DNA from: Candidatus Caldatribacteriota bacterium
Lineage (GTDB): Bacteria; Atribacterota; Phoenicimicrobiia; Phoenicimicrobiales; Phoenicimicrobiaceae
Reading direction: 5' to 3'
Assembly (NCBI GenBank): GCA_034659055.1
Contig: JAYEGH010000091.1
Location: 1-48,107 of the forward strand
Length of the DNA: 48,107 nucleotides
A program made the position numbers and the translations under genes. The notes under the pieces are model-generated. The model made no database searches. It had not been told where the DNA came from and saw nothing but the letters and a program-made list of their open reading frames with translations. Shown piece after piece: positions 17,890 through 25,542 of the stretch; the first letter of the stretch is position 1; each line of letters opens with the position of its first letter.

Positions 17890-19420
17890 TTCCCTGTCTC
17901 TCGGTAATTCCTGCCATTAAAAGTCCAATCTCATCGACATTTGCATCTTCTCTTAATATTATCTTGAGCAATTTTCCTCTATACATAACTCCTATCCGGT
18001 CTGATAAAATCATAATTTCCGATAATTCTGTTGAAATTAACAGAATGGCCTTACCTTCTTTTTTTTCTCTTAGTAAGGTTTTATGAACATAATCAATAGC
18101 ACCCAGGTCAAGACCGCGGGTAGGTTGTACAGCGACCAGTACTTTGGAACCGATATTTACTTCCCTTGCAACCGCAACTTTTTGCTGGTTCCCCCCTGAC
18201 AAAGTCATTGCCTTGCTAGTTGAGGAGGTTGCTTTGATTTCAAAATTTTTCATTAATGTTTTTGCATTTTGTTGAATTTTATTCTGATTCAAAAAGCCAT
18301 ATTTTATAAATGAGGAGTCAGAATGATTTTTAAGAAACAGATTTTCCTCAATGGACATATCCAAAACCAATCCCTCTTTATGGCGATCAGCCGGTATATA
18401 ACCTACACCCTGTTGAATAATGGATAAAGCATTTTTATTAGTGATTTCCTTGTCGGATAAAAGAAGATGACCACTCTTTGATTTCCGTAAGCCACATATT
18501 GTCTGGGCAAGTTCTTCCTGGCCATTACCGCTTACTCCGGCAATACCAAATATTTCTCCTTCCTTGACATCAAATGATAAGTCATCAACCATCTTGCTTT
18601 TTTTATCTCCAATAATGGTTAGATTTTTTATTTTAAGCACTTCTTTATTATTACTATTAAAAGTCGTAGCATTTCTTTTAGCTATCATCAAATCCCGCCC
18701 GATCATCATTTTCGTCAACTGACTCTCTGTTGCTTCATGGCGGGAAACATTCCCTACAACTTTACCGTCTCTTAATACGGTAATCCTATCGGCAATTTCC
18801 ATAACCTCATTTAACTTATGACTGATAAAGATAACCGAATGGCCTTTAGCTTTAAAATCATGTATGAAACGAAATAATTTCTCAGTCTCCTGAGAAGTAA
18901 GGACTGAAGTCGGCTCATCCATGATAAGAATTTCTGCATTTCGGTAAAGAGCCTTGATTATTTCCACCCGCTGTTGCATGCCAACCGGAAGTTGCCTGAT
19001 AAAGGCAAAAGGGTCAACCTCAAGTCCATACTTTTTGCCAATTTCTTCGATTTTTTTCACTCTTTTTCCAATATTTATATTATTCAAATAAGCAGATTCT
19101 GTTCCCAGAATAATGTTTTCTACTACTGTATGAACGGGAACCAGGGTAAAATGTTGATGAATCATACCTACACCGTACTTCATAGCATCATGAGGGGAGC
19201 GAATTCTCACCCGTTTTCCCTTGATGTATATTTCACCTTCATCCGGTTGATATAATCCGTAAAGTATACTCATTAAGGTTGTTTTACCAGCACCGTTTTC
19301 TCCAAAAAGAGCTAATACTTCTCCTCTTGCCAAAGTAAAATTAATGTGATCATTGGCAATTGTTCCCGGAAAATATTTAGTAATATTTTTTAAAGTAATA
19401 AAATCAGAATTATCTTTCAT
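17876..19420 (-). CDS. ABC transporter ATP-binding protein with duplicated ATPase domains
   Basis: Walker A GENGAGKTT, signatures LPVGMQQRV and LSGGNQQKV, Walker B ILIMDEPT. The ORF extends to 19489 but would then include the terminator hairpin. The ATG at 19420 (MKDNSDFITLKNITKYF) is the likely start. Confidence 0.9.
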   Translation of the reverse strand: MKDNSDFITLKNITKYFPGTIANDHINFTLARGEVLALFGENGAGKTTLMSILYGLYQPDEGEIYIKGKRVRIRSPHDAMKYGVGMIHQHFTLVPVHTVVENIILGTESAYLNNINIGKRVKKIEEIGKKYGLEVDPFAFIRQLPVGMQQRVEIIKALYRNAEILIMDEPTSVLTSQETEKLFRFIHDFKAKGHSVIFISHKLNEVMEIADRITVLRDGKVVGNVSRHEATESQLTKMMIGRDLMIAKRNATTFNSNNKEVLKIKNLTIIGDKKSKMVDDLSFDVKEGEIFGIAGVSGNGQEELAQTICGLRKSKSGHLLLSDKEITNKNALSIIQQGVGYIPADRHKEGLVLDMSIEENLFLKNHSDSSFIKYGFLNQNKIQQNAKTLMKNFEIKATSSTSKAMTLSGGNQQKVAVAREVNIGSKVLVAVQPTRGLDLGAIDYVHKTLLREKKEGKAILLISTELSEIMILSDRIGVMYRGKLLKIILREDANVDEIGLLMAGITERQGNEKK

Positions 19421-19433
19421 GTTTTCTTCTTCC

Positions 19434-19480
19434 AAAAAAAAGAGGGGGGATTGAAGAGTTTTTAAAAACCCTTCAATCCC
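19434..19480 (-). terminator. Hairpin plus U8 tract directly after the BMP binding-protein gene (attenuator/terminator)
   Basis: GGGATTGAAG (19447-19456) pairs with CTTCAATCCC (19471-19480). The loop holds the palindrome GTTTTTAAAAAC. In minus sense it is followed by CCCCTCTTTTTTTT. Confidence 0.6.
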
Positions 19481-19496
19481 TACTATCAATATTGTT

Positions 19497-20489
19497 TTAT
19501 TCCAAAGATTCGGGAAATTGAGATATAAATTTCAATAATTTCCCTTCTGCAATTAATTCTGAAGCTTGTTCAACCATTTCACGAACTTCCGGGGAAACCT
19601 CATCAGTAAAGGACATGCTAATAACCCCTTCTTTCATGCCTAATTCATTAACGACAGGTTTTAATTCACCGTTCATGTACTTTGTTGCAATCCATTTATA
19701 GATATCTTCTGTTCCAAACCATGCGCTTGCCACGACAGTACCCGGAGCAATATCATTCTGGTCACTTGCAAAACCTAAAAATTTAGCGCCTTGCTCTTTA
19801 CAGGATTGAATAGCACCAAGACCAACCTGGTTCGCATAGAAGAAAAGCACATCTGCGCCCTTGTCAATCATGGAAGAGGCCATTTGCTTGCCTAAAGCCA
19901 CATCGCTCCATGAATTTGCATAAGCCCTGATTACTTCAACATCTGGAGAGCCAATTCTTGCACCATATTCATAGGTATTTAGAAGTCTGATCATCAGTTT
20001 GTTGGGAAAGCCACCAGAAATACCGATTTTGCCTGTTTTGGTGGTATACCCAGCAATTATACCGGCTAAAAAGCTTGCTTCATATTCCTTGGGTAATACC
20101 GGGCAAACATTTGGAGGATTAGCAATCATTCCATTGAATACACAATAAGTAGTCTTCGGATATTTTGGCCCAACTCTATTGGCAGCTTCATCAAACTGCG
20201 TTCCCGCAGAAATAACTAAATCATATCCTCGTTCACCGTAATTTCGAAAAGTAGATTCATAATCACTTGCCTGGACATTTTCCACATATTCCATATTAGT
20301 TCCAAGTGTATTATTACACGCCAATAAGCCGGCATAGTTAGCTGCGTTCCAGCTTTGGTCATTAATAGGACCAGGGAGAATTAATACCATTTTATAACTT
20401 CCCGCATCTTTTGCGATTCCGGAAGTTATACATAAACTTAATACCAATAAAACTAATAATACTTTAATCAGTAAATTCGAATTTTTCAT
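19497..20489 (-). CDS. BMP-family (PnrA/Med-like) substrate-binding protein of ABC importer
   Basis: 330 aa with an N-terminal signal peptide (LVLLVLSLCITSG). Layout is typical of basic-membrane-protein purine-nucleoside binders. First gene of the ABC operon. Confidence 0.85.
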   Translation of the reverse strand: MKNSNLLIKVLLVLLVLSLCITSGIAKDAGSYKMVLILPGPINDQSWNAANYAGLLACNNTLGTNMEYVENVQASDYESTFRNYGERGYDLVISAGTQFDEAANRVGPKYPKTTYCVFNGMIANPPNVCPVLPKEYEASFLAGIIAGYTTKTGKIGISGGFPNKLMIRLLNTYEYGARIGSPDVEVIRAYANSWSDVALGKQMASSMIDKGADVLFFYANQVGLGAIQSCKEQGAKFLGFASDQNDIAPGTVVASAWFGTEDIYKWIATKYMNGELKPVVNELGMKEGVISMSFTDEVSPEVREMVEQASELIAEGKLLKFISQFPESLE

Positions 20490-20563
20490 TTTAGTTTTTA
20501 TACCTCTCTTTTATTTTTTATTTTTTATAAAGAAAACTTACTTTAAAAGCAAAAACTATTTTA

Positions 20564-20572
20564 CACCTCCTT
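20564..20572 (-). promoter_or_regulatory. Start-codon-less perfect Shine-Dalgarno motif AAGGAGGTG in the BMP-gene leader
   Basis: Full complement of the 16S 3' end, lying 75 nt upstream of the ATG at 20489. No ATG or GTG follows within 15 nt. The genuine RBS (AGAGAGG) sits next to the ATG. Confidence 0.35.
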
Positions 20573-20660
20573 CTTTTTTAATTATTCGCCAGTGAGTTAC
20601 CTAGTTATCTTGATTCTTATGTTATTTTGGATTTTTATAACTTCCTTACACCTCTACTTA

Positions 20661-20682
20661 CAAAACTACTATTAAATAGTAG
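20661..20682 (-). terminator. Weak AT-rich hairpin CTACTATT-A-AATAGTAG plus TTTT after the regulator gene
   Basis: Palindrome at 20666-20682, 3 nt after the stop codon, followed in minus sense by TTTTG. Confidence 0.35.
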
Positions 20683-20685
20683 ATC

Positions 20686-21237
20686 TTAAAAATTAGCCGG
20701 GGTTATCGCGGAAATAATAATGAGATCATTATCCCCTATACTGGTTATTTTATGAGGAATACTAGCAATGTAATATATCGTATCTCCAGCTCTCAATTCA
20801 TGCTCGTTGTCACCGATCTGGATTTTCATTATGCCTTCAACCACCAGGGTACATTCTTCGCCCTTATGGGGAAGAGGTGTGCTGCAGGTGCTGGCTCCCG
20901 GCTCAATGCGTGTTCTAATCATTTCAATCTGTTTGCTTAAATCAGGAGAGAGTAATTCATAGGTTAAATGAGATTCGGGAAATTTTAAAACTCTTCGCTC
21001 ATCTTTTCTTACTATTGCGCTTTGTTTTTTATCATCTACCAAAAAATAGAATATTGGAACATCTAAAACCTTGGATATTTCTCTTAATGCCATAATGGAC
21101 GGTGAAGCGATACCTCGTTCTATCTGACTTAAATAACTGGATGTTTTTCCAATTTTTTCCGCCAGTCTAGCCATGTTCATATCCTTGGAAATACGCAATG
21201 TACGAATTTTATTGCCTAATCTTTCTTTTTCGACCAT
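20686..21237 (-). CDS. XRE-family HTH plus cupin-domain transcriptional regulator (PuuR-like architecture)
   Basis: 183 aa. N-terminal HTH (LGNKIRTLR...LAEKIGKTSSYLSQIERG) and a C-terminal cupin barrel (HKGEECTLVVEG...GDTIYY...PHKI). Confidence 0.85.
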   Translation of the reverse strand: MVEKERLGNKIRTLRISKDMNMARLAEKIGKTSSYLSQIERGIASPSIMALREISKVLDVPIFYFLVDDKKQSAIVRKDERRVLKFPESHLTYELLSPDLSKQIEMIRTRIEPGASTCSTPLPHKGEECTLVVEGIMKIQIGDNEHELRAGDTIYYIASIPHKITSIGDNDLIIISAITPANF

Positions 21238-21540
21238 TATTAATATTTCACTCTTTTTTTTAAAGATTATTTTTTGGGGAAATAATATTTATTAAAATAT
21301 ATTTAATAAATTCAATTTTATTAAACCATATTTATATATATATTACAAGAAGATTTTTAAAATTTTTTAAAATATTTAGAAAAAATAATCGCCGAAAAAA
21401 AATAAATTACAAACTTTCTATAAAAGTGAAATATATATTTAAATCTTTATATCAGTTAATTGATATTGAAAAAAATGGGGAAATAAAAAATACTGCCATT
21501 TTAAATATATTTATTCTATTAAATGTCTGATAGATCTGCA

Positions 21541-22125
21541 TTATTTTAGTTGTTTTGTAAAATTTTCAATTTGCGCTTTTAAAGTGTTGGGGTTTTTAAA
21601 AAGGATGGATTTGATGCCAATGTTTTGAGCGGTGATAATATTTTCTTCCCTATCATCCACAAAAATAGCTTCTTCCGGTTTGATACCCTCTTCTTTTAAA
21701 ATATACCTGTAAAAATCAGGGTCAGGTTTAGATATACCCATTAAGTTAGAGGCATAAACCTCATCAAAAATATCATAATCACCACGATTTAAAAGATAGT
21801 AATAATGCGAATCAATAGTGTTAGTACCGCAAATAACCCTTGAACTACTTTTAAGCTGTTTTATTATATCCTTTGTTTCCTGGATTATTCCCGGATTAAA
21901 ATATTTGCCGAATAATTCTTCTTTCACTTTCTTGCCATATCTCAAAGAAAATCTTAACCAAAATTCATTACTATTAATTTTTCCTTCAAGAAGTTTTCTA
22001 AAATCTTTATCGGCATAAACAAAAAAATTTTCTTCAGTAATTCCAAGATAATTGCTTATAATAGGAATGTTATTAAAATCACAACATAGAACACCACCCA
22101 TATCGAAAATATAGAGCTTTTTCAT
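21541..22125 (-). CDS. HAD-superfamily hydrolase
   Basis: 194 aa. Motif I FDMGGVL and a C-terminal FVDDREENI block. Starts 6 nt after the sugar permease stop. Confidence 0.75.
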   Translation of the reverse strand: MKKLYIFDMGGVLCCDFNNIPIISNYLGITEENFFVYADKDFRKLLEGKINSNEFWLRFSLRYGKKVKEELFGKYFNPGIIQETKDIIKQLKSSSRVICGTNTIDSHYYYLLNRGDYDIFDEVYASNLMGISKPDPDFYRYILKEEGIKPEEAIFVDDREENIITAQNIGIKSILFKNPNTLKAQIENFTKQLK

Positions 22126-22131
22126 ATTTTT

Positions 22132-23016
22132 TTATCCTTTCCTGGAGGAATATATTGCTGCACCACCCAGAAAATATTTTGAAAGTTTAAAAAATACCAG
22201 CAGTATGGGAATGCTCGCAATAGCGGCTACAGCCATCATCGCACCTTCATCAGTATGTTTTTCTGCCATAAATTTAACTATATAAAGGGGAATGGTTTTC
22301 ATTTCTTCACTCTGTACAACCAGTAATGGCCATAAAAGATTATCCCATTGCGCTTTAAAGATGAGAATGGCCAGGGTTGCCACAGCAGGAATACTATTGG
22401 GGAGAATAATACTTCTAAAAATCATCAATTCGCTTGCACCATCAATTCTTGCCGCATCCAATATTTCATCCGGGAAAGTGATGAAGTATTGCCTCATAAG
22501 GAAAATACCGAATGCATTAACCAAAAAAGGTGCAATTAATCCGGCGTATGAATCCTGAAGCCCTAACTTGGTCGTTACAAGATAAAGGGGAATCATGATT
22601 GCTTCAAAGGGTATCATCATGGTCGCCATAATAATCATGAAAACCAGATTCCTGCCTTTAAAGTAATATTTGGCTAAACCGAAACCGGCTAATGCGGAAA
22701 AAAATACAGTAGTTGCAGATACTACAGCAGCTACTATAAATGAATTAAAAATATTTCTGATATAAATAAAACTTCCATCATTTCCTCTAATCCCCTGCCA
22801 AAAATTTTGCCAGTAGAAACTTTTAGGTATCCAGCGATAAGGCATTTTTAAAATATCGTTAGCCGGCATAAATGAGGCAGTAAACATAAATATGGTGGGA
22901 GCAAGAACAAATAGAGCAGTTATAATAAGAAATGCCCAGATCAATAAATCAATAATAATGGATTGCTGAAAGATGCCCCTCTTTTTTAATTGATTCAGTT
23001 GAAGTTTTTGAGACAT
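22132..23016 (-). CDS. Carbohydrate ABC transporter permease
   Basis: 294 aa. EAA-type loop DAARIDGASELMIFRSIILP typical of MalG-like permeases. Confidence 0.85.
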   Translation of the reverse strand: MSQKLQLNQLKKRGIFQQSIIIDLLIWAFLIITALFVLAPTIFMFTASFMPANDILKMPYRWIPKSFYWQNFWQGIRGNDGSFIYIRNIFNSFIVAAVVSATTVFFSALAGFGLAKYYFKGRNLVFMIIMATMMIPFEAIMIPLYLVTTKLGLQDSYAGLIAPFLVNAFGIFLMRQYFITFPDEILDAARIDGASELMIFRSIILPNSIPAVATLAILIFKAQWDNLLWPLLVVQSEEMKTIPLYIVKFMAEKHTDEGAMMAVAAIASIPILLVFFKLSKYFLGGAAIYSSRKG

Positions 23017-23030
23017 GGAACATTTCCTCC

Positions 23031-23942
23031 TTAATAAGTGATTTCGTCTGCCCGGGAAGACCTAAATTGCATCCAGGTAAAAACCAGCATCATGATAAAA
23101 AGAATAATACTCATGGCACTTGCCCGGCCAATTCTATGATCTCTTATAGCTGTATGGTACACATTTAGAGTGATTACATTAATGGGAGCCAGCGGGGCTC
23201 CTCCCTGGGTAAACAGGTATTGCGTACTGAACGTCTTCAGACATTGCAGCATGGACATAATGGAAACCAGGATGGTAGTCGGCTTCAAAAGTGGTAGGGT
23301 AATATACCAAAAATTTTTCCAATTATTTCCCCCATCTATTTTTGCAGCTTCGTAAATACTTTTAGGAATTGATGCCAATCCTACAATAAAAATTATAGTA
23401 AAATAACCCACATATTTCCAGCCATATACCAGTATGGTGGATAATTGAACCATGATTGAATTTGCCAGCCAATTATGGTCAATTCCGGGGGAGTTCATGA
23501 TAATATTGAGCCACTGGTTAGCCAGGCCTCTCGGGTCAAAGATAATCAGCCAAATGGCTGCTGCCACAACAGATGAAAGCACTGCCGGAGAATAATAGGC
23601 CATTTGAAAGAATTTTTGAAATCTTTTCCTGGACATAATAAATACTGCGAATAGAAGGCTGAAAATTAAAAGCGGCACAAAAGTTCCAATAGTAAATACA
23701 ACGGTTGCTCTTATGGAATTCCAAAAATCCGGAGAATCCAAAAGGTAAGCATAGTTATGCAAACCAATGAATGTCGGCGGTTTTAAAGATAGTAATTTTT
23801 TCTTAAATAAACTGGTGTAAAGCGCATTAAGAATGGGATAAAAGTTGAATAGCGAAAAAATAATCAGTGAAGGTGTAATAAATATCCATCCCCATTGCGC
23901 TTTTTTTCTTTCAATGCTGTATTTTGTATTTCGTTTACTCAT
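23031..23942 (-). CDS. Carbohydrate ABC transporter permease
   Basis: 303 aa. EAAKIDGGNNWKNFWYITLP loop typical of MalF-like permeases. Confidence 0.85.
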   Translation of the reverse strand: MSKRNTKYSIERKKAQWGWIFITPSLIIFSLFNFYPILNALYTSLFKKKLLSLKPPTFIGLHNYAYLLDSPDFWNSIRATVVFTIGTFVPLLIFSLLFAVFIMSRKRFQKFFQMAYYSPAVLSSVVAAAIWLIIFDPRGLANQWLNIIMNSPGIDHNWLANSIMVQLSTILVYGWKYVGYFTIIFIVGLASIPKSIYEAAKIDGGNNWKNFWYITLPLLKPTTILVSIMSMLQCLKTFSTQYLFTQGGAPLAPINVITLNVYHTAIRDHRIGRASAMSIILFIMMLVFTWMQFRSSRADEITY

Positions 23943-23960
23943 AGATGATTTTCCTCAACA

Positions 23961-24000
23961 ATAAAATAGGGTTAAGCAAACCGGGCTTAACCCTATTTTA
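23961..24000 (-). terminator. 13-bp hairpin with flanking A/T runs after the sugar-binding-protein gene
   Basis: AATAGGGTTAAGC (23965-23977) pairs with GCTTAACCCTATT (23985-23997), with a 7-nt loop. In minus sense it is followed by TTTTATTGTT. Sits between the SBP and permease genes. Confidence 0.6.
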
Positions 24001-24024
24001 CCGCTTTAATAAAAATTAATCTCC

Positions 24025-25299
24025 TTATTCTTCGTCAAGAATTTCCTGAACTTTTCTTCTTAAAGTGTTTAATGAGTCTTCCGGTGAACTTCCTGCCAGC
24101 ATTACCGATTCAACTGCTTCCCTGATAAATGATTGAATCTCTGCGCTGTTTTCGCCATAATAAACAACATGACCTTTGGACATATCATCTGTAAATACCT
24201 TGGAATAAGGCATGGATTTAAAGGTTTTAGATTCCATTAATTGGTTCGTAGGCTGAACAATATTAACTTTGGTCAAATATTCTTCACCATGGCTGAGCAT
24301 ATAGGCAATGAATTTCCAGGCCATTTTCTTGTTTTCCTCCGGTTTCTGACCATTGACCATATAGTAATGTCCGTAATAGGCTGCGGGAACATCTTTTACT
24401 GCATTTTCAAATATTGGGAAAGGTATAACCATCCAATCTCCACTGTTGTAGAAATCGGGGTTATCACTTCTGATTCTTCCCTGTTGGTACAATCCGGTTA
24501 GGCACATGCCAATATCATTATTGTCTTTATTAAAGAGTTTTCGAGCATTAGCATAAGTAGGTGAACCGAGAATTTTTCCATTAGGACCCCATTCCTGCAT
24601 AAATTTCAAGAATTTGAGCCAGGCTTCATCATTTACAATGGCAGTTTTTCCGTCATCACTGATTAATTTTCCGCCAAGCTGCTCAACCATGGGAACCGTG
24701 GAAACAAGATAATAAGGGTATCTGAAATCAAATCCTCTTCTGCTCAATATCTCTCCATCGCGAATAGCAATTTTATCTGATACTTCTACCATTTCCTCCC
24801 AGGTTTTGGGATAATCTTTTTCCGGATCAAGCCCGACATCCCTAAATACTTTTTTATTGAGATAGATACACCAGTTGGTCAATTCCAGAGGAAGCCCGTA
24901 TAGTTTTCCTTTGTAGGTAGCCGGTTTTAATACCCCGGGAATATAAGCATCATAAATTGCCTGAAGGCTGGGATAACCTGCCGCTTCAAAATCAACCGGA
25001 GCAAGACGTTCATTAACAATATAAGCATATTCATCTTCAATGGACATATTAAAAATGTCAGGACCCTGTTTGGCTGCAAAGGCGGTAAGGATCAATTCCT
25101 GAATTTTACCTGAGCCACTAGTCACTCTTTTGATAGTGACTCCCGGATTTGCCTTTTCAAATTCTGCAATATACCTGTTTTCGATTTCCGTTCTATTTGG
25201 GTCTTCATGAGTCCAAAAAGTAATTTCCATAGCATTGACAGTATTGACTGTCATAATAAGAAGAAACACGAAGAGAAAGAGTACAAATAATTTTTTCAT
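24025..25299 (-). CDS. Extracellular solute-binding protein (family 1, sugar ABC)
   Basis: 424 aa with a signal peptide ending VNA. First gene of the SBP-permease-permease operon. Confidence 0.85.
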   Translation of the reverse strand: MKKLFVLFLFVFLLIMTVNTVNAMEITFWTHEDPNRTEIENRYIAEFEKANPGVTIKRVTSGSGKIQELILTAFAAKQGPDIFNMSIEDEYAYIVNERLAPVDFEAAGYPSLQAIYDAYIPGVLKPATYKGKLYGLPLELTNWCIYLNKKVFRDVGLDPEKDYPKTWEEMVEVSDKIAIRDGEILSRRGFDFRYPYYLVSTVPMVEQLGGKLISDDGKTAIVNDEAWLKFLKFMQEWGPNGKILGSPTYANARKLFNKDNNDIGMCLTGLYQQGRIRSDNPDFYNSGDWMVIPFPIFENAVKDVPAAYYGHYYMVNGQKPEENKKMAWKFIAYMLSHGEEYLTKVNIVQPTNQLMESKTFKSMPYSKVFTDDMSKGHVVYYGENSAEIQSFIREAVESVMLAGSSPEDSLNTLRRKVQEILDEE

Positions 25300-25373
25300 T
25301 AGTTTAAATCTCCTTTATATTTAATACATCAATAAGATTGTCTCAAAACTTATTAGTAATTAAATAGTTACTT

Positions 25374-25382
25374 CACCTCCTT
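25374..25382 (-). promoter_or_regulatory. Start-codon-less perfect Shine-Dalgarno motif AAGGAGGTG in the sugar-SBP leader
   Basis: The same 9-mer at the same 75-nt distance from the ATG (25299) as in the BMP leader. No start codon follows. The genuine RBS AAAGGAG is adjacent to the ATG. Confidence 0.35.
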
Positions 25383-25542
25383 TGTTATATTATTTTCCAG
25401 TTAAAAAAAGTTGGGTAAATTTAAATATCAGGTTAAAAACGTTTCTATAGTAGGTTTAATTCTCTTTTTTAAATTCATTTTTGTATCTTTATACTATATT
25501 CAATAAAATTTAAAAAATTCCTGCCTAATAAAAATTATTTTT

